Shown: one piece after another, positions 1 through 11,039 of the stretch | Position numbering within the stretch: the stretch's first letter is position 1 | How the letters are laid out: every line of letters starts with the position of its first letter | Assembly (NCBI RefSeq): GCF_006345805.1 | Contig: NC_043012.1 | Span: 33,790,001-33,854,000, forward strand | Origin: Octopus sinensis | Lineage: Eukaryota | DNA: 64,000 nucleotides | Direction of reading: 5' to 3' | Position numbers and translations under genes: made by a program | Notes under the pieces: model-generated | The model's database searches: none | Seen by the model: only the letters and a program-made list of their open reading frames with translations | What the model was told of the DNA's origin: nothing

Positions 1-192
1 GACTTCCTGATATCGTACAGATCTAGTCAATAATCCTCAACAAGTTGACTCAGGAACTTCCATGTTATAAGTCTTTATTTCCTCCCTCTCCCCCCCCCTG
101 TTGTCACCAAAGACTTCTTTGAAGTCTGATCGAAGCTTCTTTCAACTTCCCTCTCTTCTCGATTGTCTTTCATGTGAGATGTGTATATATAT

Positions 193-435
193 GTACGAAT
201 AAGGTCGAAAAGTCCATAGGCTGGCTATGAAGGAGTGATGCCAGAGCTGTGAAATTTTGCATGCTTTAGCTTTAACCCATCTTATTAATAACTGAATTGT
301 TTCTTTCCAGAAAAACTGACATTTGACTGTTCAAAGAGGACTTCAAAAGTAACAAGTAGCCTCTACTCTTGAAAATCAATAAAATTTGACATCATGGTGT
401 TATCAAGAACTTGCAAAAAAAAAACAAAAAAGGTT
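193..435 (+). mobile_element. Mariner/Tc1-like element, 5' end remnant
   Basis: Begins TACGA after a TA run. Ends in a decayed transposase N-terminus (aaaatttgacatcatggtgttatcaagaacttgcaaaaaa, roughly KIxHHGVIKNLQKK). Recognised from memory. Confidence 0.5.
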
Positions 436-720
436 TCGCTTATGATAGAACAGACATTTGATATGATAAACAAAGGTTCGTTTCAGCATTATCAGTTCGG
501 AACAATATACGAAGATGATAGAGAGGATAAAATTCACATTAAGAATGGTGTAATTAACTATATTGTATTGTTTGCGATATTTTTTTAATTCATTTTTTGG
601 ACTACATTGCGTTTTAGATCAAATTCAGGATAATGGCGACCCAACATCTACCTTAATTCATACCTTTCTGTCTCGCCTTAGACCATTTATCATTCGTTTG
701 GCAATGAGACTATGTTAGCA

Positions 721-721
<1 letters not shown>

Positions 722-781
<60 letters not shown>

Positions 782-851
782 TACATACACACATGCATAA
801 TACATACATACATACATACATACTACATACATACATACATACATACATACA

Positions 852-887
<36 letters not shown>

Positions 888-905
888 TGTATTTATGTAT
901 GTATG

Positions 906-948
<43 letters not shown>

Positions 949-950
949 AT
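722..950. repeat. Compound microsatellite (CA)n-(CATA)n-(TA)n
   Basis: Seen directly; explains ORFs 690..1016, 712..1029 and 823..1005. Confidence 0.95.
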
Positions 951-1071
951 AAATACAAAATGGGACAAGAACGCAAAACATCCAGAAGACGATACAAAAA
1001 AACACGGACGGGTCATTCGAAGCCTTTAATCTTCAGTCAAGAACCGGATCATCCTCGCAATTTCGGCTGAT
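951..1071. mobile_element. Possible Penelope-like terminal fragment
   Basis: Short unique block next to a TA microsatellite, ending in tttcggctgat. Resembles PLE terminal remnants but has no coding support. Confidence 0.25.
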
Positions 1072-1703
1072 GATATCAAAGAGTTCCAGACATTGGGCAT
1101 GCTTTGACAGGCTTACGGCAACGGGGCAATGGGTCGTTGTACGCAATATTTCGAGGGGTACGGGCACTTCAAACAACGGGAAAACGTCCCTGGAAGACGA
1201 TGAGCGAGCTGAAAGGCCTGCCACAAGCGTCACCTCCGGAATTATGGCATCGGGCATCGAGGATTCGTTCCCCAGGGCCAGACCGTCAATCGAGAGTTCG
1301 GCAAAAGCGACTGGATCTGTAGGGCACGAAGAATTGGGTTCTTCACGACAACAATGCACCCTGTTACTCTGTTTTTCACCAAAAAACAACATGGTATCGC
1401 TTCCGCACCCGCCCTATTCCCCAGATTTAGCACCTTCGAAATTCCATGTCTTTCTCAAGATTAAAATGCCGCTCAAAGGTCGCCGTTTTAACATCGTTGT
1501 CGAGATCCAGAGCGAATCACAGAAGGTCCTCGACTCTCTTACGGAAAACTACTTCCAGGACGGATTCCAAAAGAGGCAGGAACGCTGGGACCGGTGTATT
1601 GCTGTGCAAGGTGACTTTCAAAGGAGATGATGGTAAAACTTCCTAAATAATTTTTTTTTTATCAAACATAACTAGTCCTACAACCTTTTGGTACCGCTTC
1701 GTA
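1072..1703 (+). mobile_element. Internally deleted mariner transposase pseudogene with 3' TIR
   Basis: ORF 1070..1630 has GKTSLEDDERAERPATS (post-HTH linker), HPPYSPDLAPS (mariner YSPDLAP motif) and the C-terminal ERWDRCIAVQGDF. Ends ...ggtaccgcttcgTA. Confidence 0.9.
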
Positions 1704-1829
1704 TACACACACACACACATATATATACATACATACTTACATATATATATATATATATATAATATATATATATATATATGGTAGTTGTCTACTCCCTATG
1801 CAGAGTCTGACCACCTCCTGTACCTATGC

Positions 1830-1915
<86 letters not shown>

Positions 1916-2125
1916 TCTCTTTTACTCTTTTACTTGTTTCAGGTCATTTGACTGCGGCCATGCTGGAGCACTGCCTTTAGTCGAGCAAATCGACCCCAGG
2001 ACTTATTCTTGGTAAGCCTAGTACTTATTCTATTAGTCTCTTTTGCCGAACCGCTAAGTTACGGAGACGTAAACACATCAGCATCGGTTGTCAAGCGATG
2101 TTGTGGGGACGAACACAGACACACA
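1916..2125 (-). mobile_element. tRNA-derived SINE family A, 3' half
   Basis: Near-identical to 8195-8400 and 43589-43790 and to the reverse complement of 10180-10383. Confidence 0.9.
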
Positions 2126-2138
2126 AACATAAACACAC

Positions 2139-2222
<84 letters not shown>

Positions 2223-3159
2223 ACACACACACACACACACAAACACATTATAATTGTGTATGTGTGTGTTAGGACAATAAAAGGAATCTCTAAGGTTACT
2301 TGATTAACGCATAATGATTTCTTCGTAGATGAAATCTGAAAGAGAACGAATTTATTGTGTTATAATGCCTAATGCAAATTTCTAACATTTTTCTAATCTT
2401 ATTAAAGTGAAATGGAATTATAAAATAAGATAATTCGCTCCAAAGTATTTTTATAAATGTCATAAATGTGACCTACCTTTAAGAATGACGCCAACCAAAT
2501 TCTATTTTCATTTTATTGTCGTGGAATAACCGAACATTATTTTACCTTCATTTTTTCTTTTTTTACCGATCTCTGCTAAATAAAATCATTTCATAATCTA
2601 GTCTTCCAGGATTACAAAACGAAAGGTTGTAGCATTACTTCGAAGTATGCCCCAGATAAATTTTTTTATGACATTATTTCGATAAGACTACATAAAATGG
2701 CCGACAAGAAAGTGGAAGTGATAATCGATAAGAACTGAACTGAATTTTTAAAATATTCTAGTTGGTAATAATCGGCCTCAAAGTCAAAGAGAAAGTTTTT
2801 CCTCCCTGTTTTTATATTGAAGAAAAGAAATGGCTGAACGTAGGAGAGTCGAGATGCCTTTTAACAATGGTGGATGAGATAATTAATAAGGTGGATCTAA
2901 TTGAAAGGAATCAGTTCCAACGAGATATTCACATGATAACGTAACATTCAGCAATAGTGTTTGGTTATACATCGATCGGGATTAATCGATAATTCAATGT
3001 TGTGATCAATCCATGTGTTTTGTCAATCGTCCCACAGATGGAAAAATACAAAATTCAGAATTCCAGAGAAGAAAAAAAAAATAAGGTTCCTTCCAATTTC
3101 TTTTTATTGCCAATTCTCATTTCATTCACTTTAATTCTTTGTCTCCTTCACCATATTTA

Positions 3160-3160
<1 letters not shown>

Positions 3161-3223
<63 letters not shown>
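3161..3223. repeat. (TAA)n microsatellite
   Basis: Seen directly. Confidence 0.95.
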
Positions 3224-3225
<2 letters not shown>

Positions 3226-3728
3226 GATACCGATTTTATTGACGAAAAATAGTTATAATTTAGCTTTTTTTTAAATTTTAATGAAAGTAATTGTATTTTA
3301 CCAAACAATTATTCGGATTTTCCGAAGAATCAGATACCTAAAAACCCATGAAAACCATTCTTTTTTATATATACACCTAAAATAATTTTATTGGCAAAAA
3401 TCATTTTCTTTCAGGAAACCATAGAAATAGCTTTTAGATTTTGAGAGTTTTTTGTTCCTGTTGTTGTTTGGGTTTTTTTTTTTTGCGCGGGTGGTGGGTC
3501 TCTTTATCAATCAAAAAATGATATATTTCCGTTATGATTATTCTGTTCTTGTTCCACTTACCATGATACAATCTGGACAGAATTTCTTTTAGAACTTAGA
3601 TAATACAGACTCAGAAATCTAAATAATATGCACTCATCACGTAGAAGTGGTTTATGAATAACTAGAAAAGTACTCGGAGAGTGCAGACCTCTGCCAAACC
3701 AGCAGGAGCACCACCACCACTACAATAC

Positions 3729-3954
3729 CTATTTCTTTACTACCCACAAGGGGCCAAAGACAGAGAGGACAAACAAGGACACGGATTAAGTCGATTATAT
3801 CGACCCCAGTGCGTAACTGGTACTTATTTAATCGACCCCGAAAGGATGAAAGGTAAAGTCGACCTCGGCGGAATTTGAACTCAGAACGCAACGGCAGACG
3901 AAATACGGCTACGCATTTCGCCCGGCGTGCTAACGTTTCTGCCAGCTCGACGCC
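3729..3954 (-). mobile_element. Meta-domain tRNA-SINE (family B), full length
   Basis: On the - strand: tRNA-like head with B-box gagttcaaattcc, MetaSINE-type core cctttcatcctttcggggtcgat..aagtacc, tail ...gtaaagaaatag. Imperfect TSD actacaatac/actacaatgc. Confidence 0.9.
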
Positions 3955-4519
3955 TTTACTACAATGCCACTATCACACAACTAACACTATCATCAACACC
4001 ACTATTACCACCATCACCTCAACATCACACATCACACATCACACCGCTCCTGTCGCCATTACAACCACCGATACTATTTTATCCTCCTCCCATACTTATC
4101 TTGACCATCATCATCATCAACACTCTCTGCTTTCACCACAATCACCATCAAAACTACGATCACCACAATCAGTTTCTTTACACAGTTGAAAATCCATTAT
4201 CCGATACTCATGGGACCGAGATTGTTGCAGATTTTTTATTTTTCTAAGTTTGGAGTGCTTTATTAAAAAAAAAATTGCATCTACATAACAGAACAGTTTG
4301 AGGATAGAAACCAGGTCTAAACACAATAGCTTATAGGCATACTCTGAATGTAGTTCTATATAAATCTTTAATAATTTCTTTTATACTTAAGACCATCAGA
4401 AATGTTAAGATATCAGCCTCTACCCACGTTGTCATGCTTTGATTAAAAGGTTACAGCATAGATTGAATTACTTAGATAAGTTTTGGCCGAAGTTGACTCA
4501 GGCCATGTCTAATTTAATA

Positions 4520-4965
4520 GCACCACCTGGAAGAGATACACAGTCAGTTCTGGGGAACCGTAGCCCATTCAAGCAGAGGGTTGTTGTTTTCAGAGACATA
4601 TCTAGGTGTGGATGGTTTATCTGGTATTTGTTGGGGGTAACCATCTAGGGATCATTTGAATGCCGTGAAGTCCCTTTCCTTCTTTATGTGTGTCTGTCAC
4701 GATGTTGAAGAGAGCAGGGCCAATTGAGGTGAAACAGTTCTGTCATAGTGTTGTGATACGACATGAACATTTCTGTAGTGGAAGGATGGCAGGGGGGTCA
4801 AACCTCAGACGAATTTTAAAGATGGGCAATGTTGATGGAATATTTTCCACATCAAACAGATGATATAGAGCTCATGGCGGTGGTGGAGGGGGCAAAGCCT
4901 GAGACTTTTGAGTCGATTCCAATAGTCAAGGCTTGTCATGTCATCCTCCACCAAGCAGTTCATTT
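4520..4965 (-). mobile_element. CR1-group LINE ORF2 C-terminal remnant
   Basis: The - strand reads a decayed LDYWNRLKSLRL...YIICLMWKIF...FTSIGPALFNIV...QIPDKP, typical of CR1-like ORF2 ends. Confidence 0.65.
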
Positions 4966-5124
4966 TAAGATAGATATGCGAGTAAAATTACTAACAGAGA
5001 AACGAAAATAAACTTTAGAAACAGCAACACCACCATAGGTTACGTGGAAACGATGAACGTGTTTTCAAGGGAGATAATCAAAGAACATAACATTGTAATA
5101 CTTCATAAAGTAAATATAACAAAT

Positions 5125-5304
5125 GAAAAATCCTCCAAGAATCCATAAAATTCCTGGATCACTTTCATCATCTGTTCCTTGTGCCATTACCAACTTTTCC
5201 TGCTAGTTTCATCAAATACCGTTCACAACTTTTTGATTTATTTTTCACACAGACGGACAAACCAATGCCAATGAAAACACAACCTTCTTCCTTGGCGGAG
5301 GTAA
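5125..5304 (+). mobile_element. Non-autonomous Helentron/DINE-like 3' end
   Basis: Ends aaaacacaaccttcttccttggcggaggtaa, a terminal hairpin. A matching sub-terminal inverted motif acctctgccaa lies at 3687-3697. Confidence 0.5.
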
Positions 5305-5689
5305 AAATGGTTTAGTGTGTGTGTGTGTTAGTCATAGTTTACCTTAGACCTAGACTGAGTACTGCTTTTAATGACGGTAGGGTGTGATTCCGATGGACAT
5401 TTCTGGCAGGTCTAATGACCATACAGAGGCACCCTCGTTAGTTTATGTCCCTATCATTATAGTTGGGTCTTAATTCGATTGGATTATGGCCAAAGTTATT
5501 CCAGTTGTGACCACCCTGTCTTATTGTTTACTTATGACCTTCCCTTTCTAAGACATTGAAGCATAATTTGAGAAAGACTATAGCCAGTCGAAGGGCTAAG
5601 TACAAGCCCTTTATTGGTTTCATCCTGCTGTTGCCACATCACAATCAGTTCAGAACAATTCCAAGTTCGGGGAAGGCAGTAAATGGACT

Positions 5690-6085
5690 GCATTGACCCT
5701 TGTGCTCAAATAGTTCTTATTTTATCGAGTCTGAAAGGATGAAAGGTAAGGTCCACCTTGGCGGAATTTGAACTCAGGACATAAGGACAGACAAAATGCC
5801 ACTAAACAGTTTACCAGGTATGCTAACGATTCTACCAGCTCACTGTTTTTTTTAAAAGGAAGGCCATAACATTGCTTTCAAAATTTGGTACAAGTCCACC
5901 CAGTTCAGGGGAGAGAGTAAGTTGATTACATTGACCCCAATGCTCAACTGGTTCTTATTTTCTCGAGTCAGAAAGGATGAAAGATGAGGTCCATCTTGGC
6001 AGAATTTGAACTCAGTACGTAAAGACGCACGAAATGGCACTTAGCATTTTGCCCAGCGTGCTAATGATTCTGCCAGCTTGCCGCC
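5690..6085 (-). mobile_element. Two adjacent diverged Meta-domain SINEs (5690-5842, 5874-6085)
   Basis: Both carry gaaaggatgaaag..ttggc.gaatttgaactcag. The second has the alternative tail (ttcaaaatttggtacaag on +). Confidence 0.8.
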
Positions 6086-6515
6086 CAGAAGAAAACAATA
6101 ATATTGCAGAAGACTAATTGTCTCGTTTATTTGTTGCTAATTAGTCTGTTTTCTATTAACCTTTGATACACCTGAGTAGTTTAAACTTTGTTTCCATTGA
6201 TGAGAAATGTAATAACAAGATTTGGTGGAAATGTCTGTTCGATTCAGAGATTCTTGCACTTACGAGTAGTGAAGCAGCTGGTGTCTTAATAGTTGCTATG
6301 ATACGGAAGATATTCCAACTGCCTAGATTACCAAAAGAATTTTGCAAATTTGACAGCAAATTGCAAGCAGAGACTTTTAGTTTTCTTTCTCTTTTCTGCA
6401 GAAGTGACTAAGAGTTTTCACATAGAACTCAATGTTTGGAATATTACAGCCTTTTAATAGCATGTTAGAGGAAGACAATAGTGACCAGAAAAGTTTGCAG
6501 TTTTTTGATAATCAG

Positions 6516-7434
6516 ACTGAGACCTCTGGAGATATGCTGTGACTGCGAAGACCCGACAAATAATGTGAGTTCATGGCTGTACACCAGCTTTACATAGAAA
6601 CCCCAGCCCTTCCAAAGTGCCTTGGATCACATGATGGCCTGCTGTACTTACCTTGGATCGTAGGGCGACCTGCTGTGCTTGAGGAGACCTGTTGAGTCAA
6701 GTACATCAACATCAGAAGATCAAATGGAAATTGTAGTTGTGATAGCTGTGCCGGTGGCACATAAAATGCACCATCCGTACGTGGCCGATGCCAGCGCCAC
6801 CTTGAGTGGCTTCCGTGCCGGTGGCACGTAAAAAGCACCATCCAATCGTGGCCGTTGCCAGCCTACCCTGGCACCTAAAAAGCACCATCCGTATGTGGCC
6901 GATGCCAGTGCCGCCTTGACTGACTTCCGTGTCGGTGGCACGTAAAAAGCACCATCCAATCGTGGCCGTTGCCAGCCTACCCTGGCACCTAAAAAGCACC
7001 ATCCGTATGTGGCCGATGCCAGTGCCGCCTTGACTGACTTCCGTGTCGGTGGCACGTAAAAACCACCAACCGACCGTGACCGTTGCCAGCCTCCTCTGGC
7101 ACCTGTGCCGGTGGCACGTAAAAAGCACCGTCCGTACGTGGTCGATGCCAGCACCACCTTGACTGGTTTTTGTGCCGGTGGCACGTAAAAAGCACCAGCC
7201 GATCGTGGGCGTTGCCAGCCTTCCCTGGCACCTGTGCCGGTGGCACGTAAAAAGCACCCACTACACTCACGGAGTGGTTGGCGTTAGGAAGGGCATCCAG
7301 CTGTAGAAACACTGCCAGATCAGACTGGAGCCTGATGCAGCCCCATGGCTTCCCAGACTCCGGTCGAACCGTCCAACCCATGCTAGCATGGAAAACGGAC
7401 GTTAAACGATGATGATGATAATGATGATGATGAC
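6516..7434 (+). mobile_element. RTE LINE 3' end: ORF terminus, tandem-unit 3' UTR, terminal stem-loop and (GAT)n tail
   Basis: Starts with RDLWRYAVTAKTR (RTE ORF end). Followed by about 9 tandem units, then ggttggcgttaggaagggcatcc, the stem-loop cgtcc-aac-ccatgc-ta-gcatgg-aaaac-ggacg and gatgatgat. Confidence 0.85.
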
Positions 7435-7968
7435 GTTGTTTTTGACCAGTGCAAGCCACTGTGGTCCATTACACTGTGTAACACGATTGTTGTCTTTGAA
7501 TAGCAACAGTTATTTCCTATTTGCTTACCTCCAGAAGGTATGAAAAATGGCTATACCCTTCAAACTTTGCTTTTATGATATTTATTCAGCCCCCCCCCCC
7601 CCGCTCCCAAACAATCCCTCAACACATGGCTATGATGCTCCCCCACTACTCCTGCTTATGATCAGAGATGCATCTATTGTCAGTCGCTAAGGAACAAGCT
7701 CAAGTGGTTAAGGTCAAGTAACTGTCAGTCAAATCTGTGGTATTGAGCAGAATATTTGCTATGATGATGTTTCTTCTTCCGCAACTTAGCACTGAATCTG
7801 TCTGAAATGTAATAGAATATAGGTCAGCTTCAAAGCATTGATGTCCAGGTCACAAAAGCAAAGTGTGAAGGAAATAGTAGTCATTTCCTTTGATTTCTAG
7901 ATAAAAGTAAATAGAAAATAGCACTTACTCACCAAAAGACAAAAAGAAATTTTAATATTGTTACAGTG

Positions 7969-8067
7969 TTATGTTTGTATTTCTTTTGACTTAGTATCAG
8001 TGATTTCTTCTATTTGTTCCTGTTTGGCAGTAATTGAACCAATGACAACCACTGGAGTGGTACTGGA
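7969..8067 (-). CDS. Candidate terminal coding exon of an unidentified - strand gene (SSTTPVVVIGSITAKQEQIEEITDTKSKEIQT*)
   Basis: Acceptor attatttttgTAG, then 32 open phase-0 codons of protein-like composition in unique sequence, TAA stop. A GTGAGT donor lies 36 nt past the stop. Confidence 0.5.
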   Translation of the reverse strand, partial: SSTTPVVVIGSITAKQEQIEEITDTKSKEIQT

Positions 8068-8194
8068 CTACAAAAATAATTATAAATGTTATAGGGAAAC
8101 TTGTAAAACTGAAAGCTACTCTCTACTATAACTGGTTCAAGCTTTCTCTTGTCTGCACTTCACAATTCTTAATCTCTCTTTACTCTTTTTTTAA

Positions 8195-8409
8195 CTCTTT
8201 TTACTTGTTTCAGTCATGTGACTGTGGCCATGCTGGAGCACCGCCTTATTAGTCAAGCAAATCGACCCCAGAACTTATTCTTTGTAAGCCTAGTACTTAT
8301 TCTATCGGTCTCTTTTGCCGAGCCGCTAAGTTATAGGGGATGTAAACACACCAGCATCGGTTGTCAAGCGATGTTGGGGGGACAAACACAGACACACAAA
8401 CATATACAT

Positions 8410-8459
<50 letters not shown>

Positions 8460-8561
8460 GTATATACGACGGGCTTCTTTTTTTAGTTTCCGTCTACCAA
8501 ATCCACTCACAAGGCTTTGGTCGACCCGAGGCTATAGTAGAAGACACTTGCCCAAGGTGCC
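8195..8561 (-). mobile_element. tRNA-SINE family A, 5'-truncated, with internal CA/TA microsatellite
   Basis: Colinear with the full copy at 43589-43996. Confidence 0.9.
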
Positions 8562-8682
8562 AATCTACGTTTCCAACTGCCATTTTTGTACACAGAAGAG
8601 AGATGAAATGATAGGTTTCCACAAATGTACTCTGATGGTATTTCCACAAATGTACTCTGTTGATGTTTCCACAAGTGTATAC

Positions 8683-8890
8683 TCTTTTATCCTTTACTTG
8701 CTTCAGCCTTGGACTGTGGCCATGCCGGGGCACTGCCTTGAAGGGTTTTAGCCAAACAAATCAATCCCAGTACCTATTTTTAAAGCATGGTACTTATTTT
8801 ATTGGTCTGTTTTTCTGAATTGTACAGGGACATAAATATACCAACACTGGTTGTCAAGCAGGAGTGGGGGACAAACACATAAACAAAGAC
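8683..8890 (-). mobile_element. Older family A SINE 3' half
   Basis: Diverged match (actgtggccatgccggggcactgccttgaagg...ggttgtcaagc). Confidence 0.75.
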
Positions 8891-8929
8891 ACCCACATAG
8901 ATATATATATATATAAAAATATAGAATAA

Positions 8930-9056
8930 ATGCGTCCTTTTAAAGCCTAGCCAGGCTCATGGACCCTGTTTCCCAATTTCAATGGCGTATGTGTTCCCCA
9001 GCTGGACAGGACGCCAGTCCATCGCAGTATTACTCATTTTTTGCCAGCTGAGTGGC
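8930..9056 (-). mobile_element. SINE fragment with V-domain-like motif
   Basis: The - strand reads ccactcagctggcaaaaaatgagta..gcgatggactggcgtcctgtccag. The first part is shared with family D. Confidence 0.55.
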
Positions 9057-9208
9057 AAAAGTTCTGTTTTGTAGAGGGTCCAGAGATGATCTCACCTGCA
9101 TTGTCTGTGTGATTGCATTAGACTTTCAAAAGTTGGTCTTGTCCCCCATAAAAACTCATATGTCAGGAGCTCGACATAAGATGTTTATATGAATAAAGTG
9201 CCATCAAC

Positions 9209-9572
9209 TCATCATCATCGTTTAACGTCCACCTTCCATGCTAGCATGGGTTGGACGATTTTGACTGAGGACTGGCAAACCAGACGGCCACACTAGGCTC
9301 CAATCTTAATCTGGCAGAGTTTCTACAGCTGGATGCCCTTCCTAACGCCAACCACGCCAAGATTATAGTGGGTGCTTTTTATGTGCCACCAGCATGGAGC
9401 CAGTCAGGCGGTACTGGCAACGACCTTGCTCGAATCTTTTTACACATGCCACCGGCACAGGTGCTAGTAAGGTGACATTGGCAACGATCACGCTTGAATT
9501 GTGCCCCTTTACGTGCCACTGGCACGGAGCCAGTTGGCCACTCTGGTAACGATCATGCTTGGATGCTGCTCA
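9209..9572 (-). mobile_element. RTE LINE 3' end, truncated within the tandem array
   Basis: Reverse complement of the 7230-7434 tail plus about 3 units. Confidence 0.85.
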
Positions 9573-10035
9573 TTCAACATAAATAATTAAATAATTGCTT
9601 CAGAAGCCTGAAGTCAAGTTTGTTGATATATCCAACCCATTGTGTATGTGTGTTTATGTAAAATAGAAATCTGAACCCCTTTTTCCTGTCATGTTCCACT
9701 CTCAGATTAAATGAAATCGTTCTTGTATAACCCCCAAGTTAACCCTAATCAAGTAGATATAGAGCATATCACTCAAGATATATCTTATCTTAATTGAACT
9801 GCAAACCATAATGCAGATTCTGACATGCAGCCATTAACTGCATGTGGTACAGTATTACAGTCTTAACATGTTGGAATATACTGCCCAGTCTGTCCTTGTA
9901 TCTTTTTAGTGATAGTTGTTGTAACAGATTACACTATATGCGTACAATAATAAACTTTGTATTGTAATAAACTGCACAATATGTGCACAATAATCAACTG
10001 TATGATATATGTATAATAATTATCTGTACAATATC

Positions 10036-10383
10036 ATTCCCACTGCATGGCACCTTGGGCAAGTGTCTTCTACTATAGCCTCGGGCCAACCAAAGCCTTG
10101 TGAGTGGATTTGGTAGATGGAAACTGAAAGAAGCCCGTCGTATATATGTATATATATATGTGTGTATGTATGTTTGTGTGTCTGTGTTTGTCCCCCCTAA
10201 CATCGCTTGTCAACCGATGGTGGTGTGTTTACATCCCTATAACTTACCGGTTTGGCAAAAGAGACTGATAGAATAAGTACTAGGCTTCCAAAGAATAAGT
10301 CCTGAGGTCGATTTGCTCAGCTAAAGGTGATGCCCCAGCATGGCCACAGTCAAATGACTGAAACAAGTAAAAGAGAAAAGAGA
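10036..10383 (+). mobile_element. tRNA-SINE family A
   Basis: cccactgcatggcaccttgggcaagtgtc...tgactgaaacaagtaaaagag. Confidence 0.9.
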
Positions 10384-10399
10384 AATATCTTTTAGTTTT

Positions 10400-10600
10400 T
10401 ATCTTTTACTTATTTCAGTCATTAGACTGTGGTCAGGTGAAGCACTGCCTTGAAGAATTTTTGGTTAAATGAATCTTATGGGAACATAAACATATCAACA
10501 CCTCCTGAAGACACTTAGCAAAGGTGCCATGCAGTGGAACTGAACCTGGGACCAAGTGGTTGGGAAGCAAGTTTCTTACCACAGGGCGACACCTGTACCT
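10400..10600 (-). mobile_element. Internally deleted family A SINE, tail-to-tail with the previous copy
   Basis: Contains both the tail (cttttacttatttcagtcatt) and the head (gcagtggaactgaacctgggacc). Confidence 0.7.
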
Positions 10601-11039
10601 ATGAACACAATAATTAATTATACAATATGTATACACTAGTCAACTGTACAATGTGTATACATTAATAAGCAGTATGATGTGTACCACAGTGTAGAATTGA
10701 ACCTAACACAGTATGGTGTCAATATTTTTAGAATGATTAATCTTGTCTTTTGAAATCTTGTCTAACCTCTCAGGTCAACCACAATTAAATAGGCTTGTGA
10801 TCAAAAGCATTCCATTTGTGACCATCCAGCAATTGTTTTTCAAGTAAGGGGTTTTATTTAGTTCAAAGATCTTCAAAAGTACTCATTGACCAATCATGTC
10901 AACAAGGAAGATTAGTATTAATCATTGGTGACAAGTAAGACCACGAGAGATCAACATTGAAACAAACACACACATGCATGCATGCATGCACACCGAATGA
11001 GGATCAGAGACATGAAGTGTCTAGGATTGCAAGACAATG

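Noticed and set aside
3127-3155. MVKETK on the - strand, like a DnaJA N-terminus
   Set aside because: A stop follows after one more codon and there is no splice donor.
3562-3618. Possible - strand exon ending ATG|GTAAGT
   Set aside because: Good donor but weak acceptor, and no linkable neighbouring exon.
6156-6411. Overlapping ORFs in unique sequence
   Set aside because: No recognisable domain or consistent splice boundaries.
6814-6839. Array unit as a twister, pistol or HDV-like ribozyme
   Set aside because: The conserved catalytic-core nucleotides and helices of those classes could not be placed; only the pseudoknot topology is supported.
6590-7459. Repetitive - strand ORFs (CFLRATGT / FYVPPA repeats)
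   Set aside because: Antisense translations of the RTE 3' UTR array; frames are not preserved between copies.
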